The notes: generated from the sequence alone by a model not told the origin. Shown: positions 22,145 to 35,300, numbered from the stretch's first letter. The stretch is 64,000 nt of DNA from Hypanus sabinus (GCF_030144855.1 NC_082710.1:165292001-165356000); one strand, 5' to 3'. Numbers and translations: made by a program.

Positions 22145-25100
22145 AAAACTAGTTTAACATGATTAGATAGGGGAGTCTCCATAGGCAGGCTTTATTTGCA
22201 TCAGCATGATATCTCAGGCTTGCAGATACAGAAATAATGTAAGTTCAGAGCCAACAAAATGAAAATTCTGAAAATCCCCTGTAAGTTTACAAACAGGTGA
22301 TTAAACAAATACGTAAGTAAACATAAAGAAAGTTGTGCAAAAGGAAAAATAACACTTTAAACAGCAATTTAAACCCTAATCCAACACTGTCTTACGTGCT
22401 GAGTGTCCCCTGAATTTATGTAACTTCTATAACACTATAAGAGGTGCCTGATCCCCTATCTGATTAGATTGCTAATCACAGTATTTCAAAGGAAATAATT
22501 GGAGTCCCTTCTGATCATTCAGCCAATATCACTAAAGTTGCCTAATCTCTATTTGCTATATTTGTGACAGTTGTTTCAAAGTAATAAGTGGTCACATACT
22601 TCAGTCAAAGATAAGGTTATTCTTTTCTTTGGGCCTTTGGAACTCCATTTATTAAATCTATTTAAAATATTTTTAACGCAAAAATACCATAGCTCGATTC
22701 TTGATGAGCAAGAGGATGGAAGGTTTCTGGGTAAACAAAAACATAAAAGTTGAAGTTACACTGAGATTATTCCCTACTTTACTGAGCACCAAAAAAAGGC
22801 TTCTGGTCCGGGGGTGTAGCCTATACTATTAATACAAGCATTTGCCTGTTTAATGTTACCTAAAAATTACCTATTCAGCTTGAGTGCATATTATACTCAT
22901 TCACTAAGTTACACTGTAGCCTAGTGATGTGTTTAGACAAAGAAGATATTGCATCTGACGTCTCTCTGATGGAAGTGTTTTAACTGTGTTTGCAGTTCTC
23001 CGATTTTGGAGGAGAAAAGTTGGCCAGGATTCACATCCCTCATGTAAACTGACACAAAAGACACTTAATGAGGCTAATGGATTTGAATTTTAAAACTGCA
23101 TTACAGGAAAGAATGTATAAATGGTTTCAGGCAAACGCCTAATTTTTTCAGGCTCATGCTGAAATCAAAGCAATCTTCAATTGTTTTGTGACTAAGAAAT
23201 AGAAATAAAAGTAAGCTCCTCAACCCTTCTCTGGTATTCAACATAGTTTTTGCTAATTATCTACTTTTACTGCAATCTTCCCATTTCCAGTGATTCATTT
23301 AATACACAGAAATCGATTAAACTTTTCTTGTAATTGAACTTGCTGATTGAGATCCCACAGATTCCTTATCTCAGTACTAAATGGAATGTTCCTCATTGTG
23401 TGACTGTCAACTGGTTCTAAATTTCCTTATCAGGTGGAAATGATCAGCTGTATATCTACACCGTGAAGCACTGTAAGAACTTTGTGAATTTCTGTGAGAT
23501 CACGTCCATTCTTCTGAATGCTACATGATTCAGGCCTAGATGATGCAGACTCACATTTTGCTACAAAACAGCCCAGTGAAATTGCTCTGTATAAAATCAT
23601 ACTGCATATCCCACTGGTCACAGCATGCTGGTCTGAGAAAGCTCAATTCCTTTTCATCATTTTTTGCTTTATTCAGTTGTCAGCCACATCAACATATTAC
23701 CATGAACTGCATGTATTCACAGCTTGTTGACCAACTACCTACATGGAGCGTCAATCCAAACCTTCTGAGAAACATACAAGACACATTCACTTGGTTCCCC
23801 TTTATCCTTTCTGTTGATCACATTCTCAGAAGATCATTCAAGGGTACTTTTTGTTTCATAAATCCATGCTTACTGTGTTGAATCCTGTTTCATGATGTTC
23901 TATTATCACTGTAAATTCTAGCAATTTTTCTGCTATTAACGTCATGCAAATATGTCAGTAGATCTCTGCTTCATCTCTTCCTCCCTTAGTGGGTTTACAG
24001 TCTGCAGAACAACTCTAAAATCCTTAAAATTTTAGAAGACTCTAAGAAAACATTTCCTTTCTTAACAAAAACTTTAAACAAATCAGTGGTGCTGATTCTC
24101 AGAATTTATTACCAAATTCCCTATTTCATTTCCTTCAGTTTTCTTTCCCATGATGTGCTTTGTAGCTGTTGATTACAAATTCTCCACTCTGCCTGTGCAA
24201 GAAACCCTCTCTGCTGTCCTTTAGGTGAGAGTAGAAAACAGAAGAAAACTCTCTGGTTCTCAGTAGTTCTGTTCTCAAAAATTTCAGTAGTACCATGCTC
24301 TTTTCTTTTCAATGTTATGTGATAAAAGATGAATTTAACCTTTGTCCACACAGTTGCCAAGAACTGTACTATCAATTTGTGAAACATAATGCTCATGGTC
24401 CTGGGCTATTCGTGTTTTTTTGTGCAACTATGATTATTTTGCTCACTATTATGTATGTGCTGTGTATGTTTTGCACCTTGGCCCCAGAGGATGCTGTTTT
24501 GTTCGGCTGTAGCCATGTATGGTTGAATGATGGTTAAGCTTGATTTGATCTGAGAGTTGTAAATTCCCAAGTTTTATTTTCAATGATAAAACATACCAGT
24601 TCTAAAAATTTAACAAGACCCTCCCTTTCTTTCATGATTTTCCATTATGAACTCTGTGATGTTTGAAACACATGACAGGAAGCGTAGACTGTTCTCTGAG
24701 CAGCTCCTTCACCCAACATAAAACCAGTGACTTACCATCAAGGCTTTTGACGGTCAACTCAGATATTTTTTGACCAAATGACAGTTGTCCCACCATCCCT
24801 TTGTCCTCTGATCCCATACATCAGCCACCAAACCCGGTCTCACTCCTTCTCTCCTCTTCAAGTCAGCTATCTTCCCTCTCCTGATGCAATGTCTTGCCCC
24901 AAAGCTTTGACAATCTCTTTGCTGCCCTCCACCCTTTATAATCAGGTGCTCCCGGAACCACTGCTTTTCTGCAGCAGATTGTTTGTTTTTTTGCTGGTAG
25001 TAGTTCCACAGCTCTTTGACTATTCTGGTGCATTACTCCTTTAAGGGGCGCTGGAATTTCTAGGTCAGTGTCGGCCAGACCACCGAGGCACATTTTGTTG

Positions 25101-25324
25101 AAAGCCACACCAATTCCAAATGCTTTGCTGACAAAAGCAAACATTTGTGTTGGCAAAGAGAAAGCATATTACCTTAACACAGGGAAGTACATACAATAAA
25201 TAAAGTTAAAGGCTTAGTTTACTAATAAATTACAATACAAAGTGACATGCCAGAATGATAACTGTACCAAACAGGAATTGATGAAAATACACTGTGGATG
25301 ACAGACCATGCACAACAATTTTAC

Positions 25325-25378
25325 CAGATTATATATAGATAGAGGCTGTGGTTTACTTTGAGATGTAGCACAGACTAG
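25325..25378 (-). CDS. Candidate cytoplasmic exon (LVCATSQSKPQPLSIYNL)
   Basis: ttttagtctgcag acceptor, TG|GTAAAA donor, 54 nt open in phase 0; SxYxL motif; splicing unverified. Confidence 0.3.
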
Positions 25379-25905
25379 CTGCAGACTAAAATACACAATG
25401 ATTCAGTCTCCACAAATTTCAAATGTTTACAATCCCCTGAAGAGAATCTCTACTTCATTGCCACCTTAAACTGTGACATTTTCTGAAACTACCCTTCGAG
25501 TTCTAGATTCTCCATAAGGGGAAACATCACCTCAGCATCAATCTTGATTTAACATCTACCCCGAATGTTTATCTTCAGCATGGTCAGCTGTTAACGTATA
25601 ACCTTCGATCAGCTTAGATTCAACCTGCTCAACCTTTCCTTATAAGGTAACCCTTTAATCCCATGAACAAACCAAATGAGTCTTCCCTGATCTACCTCCA
25701 ATGCAAATTATTAGCGCGTCACACTTCTCCACAACTTATCAACTAGATATAAACCACACCCTCACCTCTCTGTCTCTCATTCACTCCAATTTCCCTCTTT
25801 AGGACTGATCACCTTGCTGTGTACTTCCAACATTTCTTATTTGGGGTTCCCCAGCTTGTCCCAGTCCTTCCAAATCACACTCTCATTGGAAACCTGTTCC
25901 AGTAC

Positions 25906-25965
25906 CTGGTCCGCTCTCACAATGTGCAAGTCAGTTGTATCAGCTGTAGGCAGTGCAAGAATTAG
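25906..25965 (-). CDS. Candidate exon, 60 nt
   Basis: Poly-T + gctcag acceptor, CAG|GTACTG donor; open in phase 0 (LILALPTADTTDLHIVRADQ), terminates in phase 1 (ANSCTAYS*). Confidence 0.3.
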
Positions 25966-27319
25966 CTGAGCAAAAAAAAAAAAAATGCTGGGATTAAAGC
26001 GCACTTCAATGTCAAGCTTATATTTCCTATGGTGGGTGATCAACTCTGAGGGTTGAACTGCTCTCTTCCATGTTTGTTGCTGTTGATGTTGTATTCACAT
26101 CAGGATTGTGTCATCATATTTTGTTGTGAGCTCTGCCCTTGGATTTTGCTGTCCTTTGCTGGCATCCAGTTGATGTAAATGTCTCTGTGGCTTGAAAAAA
26201 AGTAATTTCAATCATCCATGTTTTTAGACCTTTTGATTATCTGACTTGTTCTGGAAACACAATGTCCACGGAAAGAACGCAGAGGATTGTTTAAAGGGAA
26301 TTGAATATAAGATAGTTTTCATACTTTAGCACTGGAAAATCAAAGAATTGAAAAAATCAGTATAATTTTTAAAATATAGGGTGGAATAGAGAGATTTTGT
26401 ATTACAACGTAATGTAAAAAGCGTTTTCTAATTGTTAGGGATCTTTACACTGTGGGCTGCAGAGAACTGGTTGCAGATTTCTGCTTTATATGATAATTTC
26501 CATCTATCTCTGCAAAGCGAGTACTTTACAGTAATGTGGAGGTTTTAACTGTGGAGAAAGCTTCATGCTATAAGACATGGTGGGGGATGGAGACATTACC
26601 TAGCTGTGGAGTGACTTCCCCAATGCCTTGTCGAATATTGAATGGACAGCTCTAAAGTAAAGAGTCATATACTCTTGCACTTCAAAAGTAAAAGACTTTT
26701 GTACTGTACTTGTGGAGACAGATTTCAAAAATGGCAGTGTTATGGAAGGCAGTCTGTACTGTCAGTGTGATCAGATGAAGGTCAGATTATTTATTTTTGG
26801 TCACCATCAGGGCAGCTGTTTGTAAAAACACAAAACTGAGTCATAAGCAAATTAAACCATACAGGTTATCAGCTTATCAGGATTGTTTAAATATAATGTG
26901 CCAGCTTTAGCACAAACCTTTCTCTCACCTTCTCCATCTCCATCTCCACCTGCATCTCCCTCTCTCCTGTTTCTTGTTCCAGTCCTACCTGTTATTGGAT
27001 TATGCATCTGTATTTTTATTCAGACCCATGGAATGTGACTGGAGTGATGGGTTAGTGCTGCAGTTTCTGCAGTCAGCATCCACACCACATTGAGCTGCAT
27101 AACTTCTACATTGCCTTGCCAATAAGACAAATCTTATTGATAATTAAAAAAAACATTATTTTTATGTTCTCACATAGACTTGCCCCTTCCCAACAGCAAT
27201 CTTTCTGAGTAATATAATCCTCTGAAAAACTTCACCTTGTCACTGAAGGAATGCAACAAACTGATTGGATAGCTGCATCCAACCAGTTGTAAAATTCTGA
27301 AACAATAAAATCCCTCCCT

Positions 27320-27960
27320 AATTGTATCATAGAAACATAGAAAACCTACAGCACAATACAGGCCCTTCTGCCCATAAAGCTGTGCCGAACATGTCCTTAC
27401 CTTAAACATTACCTAGGATTACAAATAGCCCTCTATTTCTCTAAGCTTCATGTACCTATCCAGGCATCCCTTAAAAGGCCCTATCATATCCGCCTCCACT
27501 ACCACTTGCCATTTCAGCCCTGGAAAAATGCCTTTGACTATCCACACAATCAATGCCTCTCATCATCTTATACACCTCTATCAGGTCACCTCTCATCCTC
27601 CGTCATTCCAAGGAGAAAAGGCCGAGTTCACTCAACCTATTCTCATACGGCATGCTCCCCAATCCAGGCAATATCCTTGTAAATCCCCTCTGCATCCTTT
27701 CTATGGTTTCCACATCCTTCCTGTAGTGAGGCGACCAGAATTAAGCACAGTACTCCAAATGGGATCTGACCAGGGTCCTGTATAGCTGCAATATTACCTG
27801 TCAGCTCTTAAACTCAATCCCACGATTGATGAAGACCAATGCACTGTGTGCCTTCTTAACCACAGAGTCAGTCTGTGCAGCAGCTTTGAGTGTCTTATGG
27901 ACTCGGACCCCAAGATCCCTCTGATCCACGCTGCCAACAGTCTTACCATTAAAGCTAAGT
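27320..27960 (-). mobile_element. CR1 LINE 3' end
   Basis: Reverse-complement tail (catagaaacatagaaaacctacagcac) and RT C-terminal sequence. Confidence 0.9.
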
Positions 27961-28398
27961 TCTGCTATATTGTATTTTTCTGCCTCTAATACTAACTGAC
28001 TGAGCTTTTGGCTCTCTAGCTTCAGTTTTTGTTAACTGTACAGTGCCAATTCTAGATCATTAACATTTGAGGAGCTGTATTCTAAAGTCTTGCAGACCGA
28101 GCCGGAGAGGATTTGTTTGGCTGGTGTGGGTGCAATGTGCTGAGTGAGATGAACTGTAACATCATGGCATAATGAAATTGCAATTCATTTGTGAAAAGCA
28201 AAAAGCCTTTATCAAATGGAATCTACCCACACCATCAGACAGAAGACGGAAGTTCAGGCAGAGAAAGAAGGAAACTGATCAGGGTATGAACAATTTGTTC
28301 TTGTTGAAAGTTATCACTGGTTATTTCATACTGAAACTGACAAAAGTGGAGAGAATATGAGAGCATAAATCCAACAAACATTTGCAGCTTCTACTAAC

Positions 28399-28471
28399 CT
28401 GGTCCCTGACAATGCTTGTTCTCCTGATCACAACGTAAGCACTGATTTATTTCTCCTTTCAGTGTCAGAAG
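28399..28471 (-). CDS. Candidate cytoplasmic exon, 73 nt
   Basis: tttttttatttaaag acceptor, CAG|GTTAGT donor; phase 1 gives ASDTERRNKSVLTL*, phase 0 gives LLTLKGEINQCLRCDQENKHCQGP. Confidence 0.35.
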
Positions 28472-29308
28472 CTTTAAATAAAAAAAACAACTGCTGTTAA
28501 AACCATGTCTGGATACCCCAACACACACAAAATGCTGGTAGAACACAGCAGGCTAGGCAGCATCTATAGGGAGAAGTGCTGTATACCCCTTCTGTTTTGC
28601 TTTCAGAAAATATTTTCTCTAAATATCTTTCCCCTTAAACGTTACCTGTGCTCAATCTTTCCACCAGCCATAACTTCTCCATTCTAAAACGTGACTGACT
28701 ACACAACCACAAGGGCATCTCAGAGAAATCTGACCTTATCCTTAATGGATACACTGTGGGCACTCCCTTTCACTGACCTACCCAGCTGCCATCCAGCTGC
28801 ATTAGGACCTTCCACTAGGAATGAAGTATCCAGTTATTTCTCATTGGTATCAAAGCTGTACAGTAGACTTTGAACCAGAGAAAATCATAAACTCTTATCC
28901 TCAGAGGAAAAAATAAACAACCATGCTCGAATTCTGTTCTTCATTGTCAAATGAATTAGGAGTACTCTTCACAGCCAGTACAATTTAAGAAAACACCTGT
29001 GCCCAATCTATGTGAATTGACATTTACATCATGATGTTGGTCACCCCTGAATCTTCCGCCCAAAGGATTTGTTTATCATCCCTAATTGCCTCCAGTTTCC
29101 ACAATACAAACAGTGTTCTGTGCTAATGGATATAAAAACTGCCTAATCAGACTTTATGAAGTTAATGGTGAGTCCTATGGGCAATGTTCCCAACGCTTGG
29201 CTGTCCCTGCTTTCCCTCATCCTTTGCTTCAGCCACTGAATTGCAGATAGTATAGGGCCAGGAGCAGGAAACCAAGGAGGACACTTCCATTATCTTTGCT
29301 TTACTCAC

Positions 29309-29325
29309 AGACTGGAATTTCACTT
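29309..29325 (-). CDS. Candidate 17-nt cytoplasmic microexon (EVKFQS)
   Basis: ttcatgttgcag acceptor, GTGAGT donor; phase-1 start matches the TM exon end. Confidence 0.3.
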
Positions 29326-30235
29326 CTGCAACATGAACCATTCCTTCCATTCAGGATGTCTAGATGTTCCTCAGACTGTCCAATTCATAGCCATTTTAAT
29401 CACCTTGAATCTCCATTGAAAAATTCCCACATTGATTTATTTACTTCTCTACAGCACCTTCTAAACTAATGATTATGTGCTGTGCTCTCTTTGTTTCCTC
29501 TGCCCCCACCCTCAGTGTACAACATCCAAGAAACATTTGCTGTTACTAATGAAACCCTTGCAGCGCCGTCAAGAAGTTACATTATCTGTGATTTAGTTTA
29601 AATAGAATGCAGATATACAAACATCACTAAAACTTTTAAGAGCAGATTGCATTACATGGCCCTTCAGAGCAACAGAGATTGCTTTTCTGCAATGCACCAT
29701 TGTTAGGAATGAGATATCTTGGATCCGTTCAATAGTGATCTTGCTTTTGTGAACTGAGCTAGCTCCCAATTGTGGTTCACACCTTGGCCCTGCATATTCT
29801 TAGATCCCATAAGGGGTACACTGATGGTTGCTGAACAGCAGGGAAATCCACACCCCCGGCAACGGAGAATATGCAAAGCAAGACTGTTCCTTTATGTGTT
29901 GCATTACAAAGAGGAAACTGGGGTCTGTTGTTTTGGGGGTGGAGATACATTTGAGATTTGTAGCTGGGGGAGAGGTTATCTAGTCAGGTAGGTAGCTCCA
30001 ATCAGGTGATGGCAGAGTGCGTGTCCAATGTTGTGGGTTGGAACCATGGGGTAAAAAACAGTGTGTGGAGCAAGGCCTGACCGACAGGCACTGCAAAAGC
30101 TTTCCTCTGCAGTGACAGACCGAGAAATGGTGATGGCCATCCTGAAGAGAAGGAAACTCCCATGGATAGCGTGCGTTGAGAGCCACTGCACTTTCTTGGG
30201 ATGCTCTTTGGCAAGCTGCAAAAGGGTTCAGAACT

Positions 30236-30429
30236 TGATGCACCATCAATAACTCTCGGAGACGGGAGGTGAACAATAGGCTTTTATTAGCAGCTAAAGG
30301 GACCACAACATCATGGAGACTGAGGGAGGAGCAGTGTCTCCAATCGCCTTTATACAGGGGTCTGTGGGAGGAGCCACAGGAGCAGTCAGCAGAGGGGCGT
30401 GTCCAGACAGGTATACTTAGTTTACCACA
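30236..30429 (-). mobile_element. 194-bp solo LTR with 5-bp TSD GAACT
   Basis: TG..CA termini; GAACT at 30231-30235 and 30430-30434; TATAAA and AATAAA on the minus strand. Confidence 0.9.
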
Positions 30430-30745
30430 GAACTGAAGTGACACGCTTTGCAAAGCACCACATTTTGTAGTCACCAAATTTCATTAAACACGCGGCACAC
30501 ATGGTGGAACTTGTGGATAGTTATCCCCTCAGTTCAGGGATTTATTTGCTTTCCTACTCAGGAGGTGGTATAGCCTCACTCCACTAATAATTGCACGGTG
30601 ATAATCACTAGTTTAGTGAGACCATACGTGATGGGAACTAAAGCGAGAGATCCCATTAACAAAGACTAACTTGAGGACAATTATTCTGATGGGCATTACC
30701 AGGGGTATACATTCTGACTTAATAAGAATACTCAAGAGTACTTGC

Positions 30746-30862
30746 CTTTATTGAACTTGAGTTCTCTCTTCCAATACAAAGTGAAAACCATAATTGTGAT
30801 GGAAGCTATCAGAACAATGGTAATAATTAAACGAATGTGGAGTGGCTTCAGTAGCTTCTCAC
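30746..30862 (-). CDS. Transmembrane exon of the CD2/SLAM-like gene
   Basis: cccttttcag acceptor; GEKLLKPLHIRLIITIVLIASITIMVFTLYWKRELKFNK (hydrophobic run followed by KR); 117 nt, phase 1-1; AAG|GCAAGT GC-type donor. Confidence 0.8.
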
Positions 30863-31529
30863 CTGAAAAGGGATGGACATTCATCTGTGATTTTCTCAGC
30901 ACATGAGTTAAACTTGCCTTAAAATAGGAAATACAACAGACTGGTGAAGCTGAGATCAAGAGGAGAACTGATACAGAGTGTGACATTTACACTTAGTGAA
31001 GGAACAAAAAGATTTTACATGTCATTTATTTCCTGTAACATGCCTGTGATGACATATGCGTGAAGCTGCAGTACAAAGAATCCCTACACCACAGAAGGAA
31101 GCTAGCCGCAAATCCCGGCATTCTCACTCCCTTGAACTTTCCACACAGCCCAAGAAAATTATTTTCTCTATTGGAAACCCAGATTGACTGCTTCCATCAA
31201 TCCTACACATCATTGATTGCACAGCACAACCACTCCATACAATAGCATGTTCCCTCCCATTGCCAGTGCCTTTTGCCCAGTATCTGTGGCTTGTAGCCAT
31301 GGAAAAATCTGCTAATGGAAAAATATCAAGGAAACATCAAGATATTTAAAATGATAAGTATGGACAGACATTCGGAAATGGCTAATATAAAGGGCATAAT
31401 TATACAGTGATTGGATAATAGTATAGAGGGTTCAACAGTTCATGGGTTCAGTGGTTCCAAAGAAAGTCTGCAGTATACAACCTGAAAATCTTACTCTCTG
31501 CAGACAACCTCGAAACAGAAGAAAATCCC

Positions 31530-32950
31530 AAAGAATGAAGGACAGAAAAACTGGAGACGGGAGAGGTTCTGGAGGATTGGAGGGTTGAGAATGTTGTTCC
31601 TTTAATCAAGAAAGGGAGTAGAGAATGAGCAGAAAATTATAGATCAGTGAGTCTTACCTCAGTGGTTGATAAGTTGTTTGAGAAGATCCTGAGAGGCAGG
31701 ATTTATGAACCTTAGGAATGGCTTTGTCAAGGACAGGTCCTGTCTTACAAGCCTAATTGAATTTTTTGAGGATGTGACTAAACATATTGATGAAGGAAGA
31801 GCAGTAGATGTAGTGTATATGGATTTGAGCAAGGCATTTGATAACATACCCCATGCAGGGCTTCTTGAGAAAGTAAGGAGGCATGGGATCCAAGGGGACG
31901 TTGCTTTGTGGATCCAGAAATGGCTTGCTCACAGAAGGAATAGAATGGTTCTAGATGGGTCATATTCTGCATGGGGGTCGGTCACCAGTGGAGTGCCTCA
32001 GGGATCTGTTCTGGGACCCTTACTCTTCATGATTTTTAAAAATGACCTGGATGAGGAAGTGGAGGGATGGGTTAGTAAGTTTGCTGATGATACTAAGGTT
32101 AGCAATGTTGTGGATAATGTGAAGAGCTGTCAGAGGTTACAGCCGGACATTGATAGGATGCAAAACTGGGCTGAGAAGTGGCAGATGGAGTTCAACCCAG
32201 AGAAGTGTGAAGTGGTTCATTTTGGTAGATCAAGTATGTTGGCAGAATATAGTATCAATGGTAAGACTCTTGGCTGTGTGGAGGATCAGCAGTATCTTGA
32301 GGTCCAAGTCCATAGGAGGCTCAAAGCAGCTGCACAGGTTGACTCTGTGGTTAAGAAGGCATACAGTGTATTGGCCTTCATCAATTGTGGAATTGAATTT
32401 AGGAGCCAGGAGGTAATGTTGCAACTATATAGGACCCTGGTCAGACCCCACTTGGAGTACTGTGCTCAGTTTTGGTCGCCTCACTACAAGAGGGATGTGG
32501 AAGCCATAGAAAGGGTGCAGAGGGGATTTACAAGGATGTTGTCTGGAACTCGGCCTTTTCTCCTTGGAGCGACAGAGGAAGGGAGAAGACCTGATAGAGG
32601 TGTATAAGATGACGAGAGGCATTGATCATCTGGATAGTCAGAGGCTTTTTCCCAGGGCTGAAATGGTTGCCACAAGAGGGCACAGGTTTAAGGAGCTGGG
32701 GAGTAGGTAGAGAGGAGATGTCAGGGGTAAGTTTTTTTCACTCAGAGAGTGGTGAGTGCGTGGAATGGGCTGCTGGCAAACACGGTGGAGGTGGATACGA
32801 TAGGGTCTTTTCAGAGACTTTTGGATAGGTACATGGAGTTTAGAAAAATAGAGGGCTACAGGTAAGCCCAGTAACTTCTAGGGTAGGGACATGTTCAGCA
32901 CAACCTTGTGGGCCGAAGGGCTGTATTGTGCTGTAGGTTTTCTATTCTAT
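31530..32950 (+). mobile_element. 5'-truncated CR1 LINE with a 300-aa open RT stretch
   Basis: ORF 31705-32607 with YMDLSKAFD, GVPQGSVLGP, FADD, RPHLEYCAQFWSP; 3' tail ttctattctatgtttt. Confidence 0.93.
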
Positions 32951-33702
32951 GTTTTCTAACCCCAAATACCCTTGTCCCCTCCCACACAACCAACAGCAAG
33001 CCTCTCCCCATTTTTTCTAGCAGACAGTATCAGCACTCCCACAAGCCATCATGCAAGAAACAGCAAAGTCCCAAAGAAAGACCATGGTCTACAATCCATA
33101 AAAGAATACCGTACAACATCCCTCAAGCTCTCTCTCTCTCACCTAGGCAGAGGCAGATATCACATATTTCACTGTAATAGAGAGACAAACAGTTGCTGTT
33201 TTGATGTTACAGTCAGTAGCACAGTGTTTTTTTTGTTTCCTCAGCCTTTCATTCACCATCGAGACAGAGATAGAGTGATCACCCAAGTGCAGACGCCTCT
33301 GACAGTCGAACCCATTGTTTAGATGTTTCGGTCCCCCATGATGCTTCAGTTTTTGACATTGGCGAGAAATCAGGTCAACAAGGCCGCGCAAGGTCACAAC
33401 CTGAAGGCACTATCTTCCAAGCCTCTCCTGGAGATATTGAAATGCAGCTGATCGGCAAGCTCCAAGAACAGGAACAGGCTGCCGTCAAGCTCTGACTGAC
33501 CCATAGATCAGGCCAGAATGAACAGGGCAGCAAAGTAAAGTCTGGGGTTTTATATGCAGGCTGCATATTCCTAAAAAATCACTGATCTATCTCAGACCTG
33601 ACCTGATCCATTGTATGGATATTGAAATTAGAACAGAAAGGAAATAAATAACTGTCACTATTTGAGAAAGGAGTACGGGTGTTGAAGAAGTAATGCACCA
33701 AC

Positions 33703-33990
33703 CTTCAGTGACGGGACAGAGCTTTCTAAGATCCACACTCGTAGTTGCCTCACTGACAGGGTTCCTCACTGTGCAGTTGTACACTCTGTTATCACTCGGC
33801 CTTAAGGACAATTCCAGTCTTCTCCCTCCATCAGTCAGTACATGTGACTCATCAGCCGTGACCTCATCACCTCCTGTCCACCAAGTGTAAACTGGCTCCA
33901 AGCCACGCTCCAGTAAACAGTGCAAACTGATGTTACATACCTCATCTGTGAGGAACTTGCTGATATTTATTACTGGTGTTGATACAGGTT
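33703..33990 (-). CDS. IgC2 exon of the CD2/SLAM-like gene
   Basis: Strong acceptor tttgtctttttcttataaacag; EPVSTPVINI..CNISLHC..YTW..YNCTVRNPVS..LCPVTE has the SLAM-type 4-Cys C2 pattern; 288 nt, phase 1-1; GAAG|GTTGGT donor. Confidence 0.92.
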
Positions 33991-34979
33991 CTGTTTATAA
34001 GAAAAAGACAAATAAAGATAATTGTTTGTCCATAATAGATATTAGTTATGAGCCTGGCACAAGAATTTTCATAGAGGGCTAGGAGAAGCCTGCTCTGCAA
34101 TACTTCAATCTCATTTTTACCTCATCCTAAATTTCTTTCATATACAAAATATCTATCTACTTTAGTATTGATTGACCTTCATAATTAAGTCTCCCCAGTC
34201 TTCTAGAGTAGTTCTACCTCATAGTCTGACTCTAGCCTTCTCAGGTTGGGCAGATGTCCCCCAAGCATCCACTCTATTAAGATCTATGAGATTTGTTTCT
34301 TAAGTTTTGGTGAGATTACCTTCCATTCTTCTGAACTTTTAAGAATACAGGTGTACACTACTCAGTCTCTTGTATGGAAACCCATCCATCCCAGAAACTG
34401 TACTTCTGACATTTAGTTAGAACTCCCATGTATGTCACATTTTAAGTAAGGAGACCAAAATGGAACTTGTATGAACAGCTTTGTGAGAACTAGGAACATT
34501 TCTTGTCCATGTTGTCTCTGTTCCACCTGGATGTTCAGTTAGCAAGCTCAATAGACCTGCACCTTTCTCTCCTGTTCTTCACTTTCAGATCTGTTCTCCA
34601 CTGTACAATTCTCCTTCCAAATAGAAAATGCTGCTGATGTCCCCACTCACCACTGAGCAATGCGGTTTCTGGGACAAAAGGATGAGTACGCAGGTGGCAG
34701 CAAGAATTTATTTTAAGAGATCATATTGTGAGATGACTTAGTGTTCCCTCCCAGAAAGGAACCGTCCAATTATTTTGCCAGCCGTATGTACAGTAGACAG
34801 ACGGTGCTTCAGACCGGGTCCTTCACAAAAGCAAGTGTGCATCTGAGCAGAGTTTCAGTATTCCCTCTGACTCGTGTGTCCCACAGGCTTCAGCTCAGAC
34901 CACAAACATCTCCCCTTTCATCTCTCATTACTCTAAAAATGTCAGACCAGAATATATATTATAATTAAAATAATATTAC

Positions 34980-35300
34980 CATAAATTCGTAGTTCCATCA
35001 CCTCTTTATGGAGCTTTGTATTGGTCCTTGCACTTATTTCATACAGACCTTCATCACTGTCTGTTAGGTTTTGTATTTCCAGGCTATAATCCTTCAGGTT
35101 TAATGTCATCCTCTTTCTGTTACAAGTTGTTGGGCTGATTTCATAATTCACACATAATTGAACCACCTCTTGATCAGATGGATTTGTGTAGTCCCAAGTA
35201 ATGAATGAAATGCTTTCTCCTGGCAGATTTCCTGGTAAAGTGACTGACTGTCCCAGTATCCCATTCACCACACGACGAGTAGCCAGATTCCCATCGGACT
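34980..35300 (-). CDS. IgV exon A (CD2/SLAM-type N-domain)
   Basis: 321 nt, phase 1-1, ctggcag acceptor, G|GTAATA donor; VNGILGQSVTLP..ITW..DYSLEIQNLTDSDEGLYEI..LRIY lacks the canonical B/F cysteines, as CD2/SLAM N-domains do; joins C2 as IYEPVSTP. Confidence 0.92.

Noticed and set aside
25214-25324. Read-through TLYCNL as an ITSM
   Set aside because: It lies beyond a plausible donor in AT-rich, intron-like sequence and ends in L rather than V/I; likely chance.
29940-30230. 165-aa ORF 29980-30477 as a host exon
   Set aside because: It runs through a solo LTR and a degraded LINE-like (possibly Tx1/L1) fragment, with no splice support.
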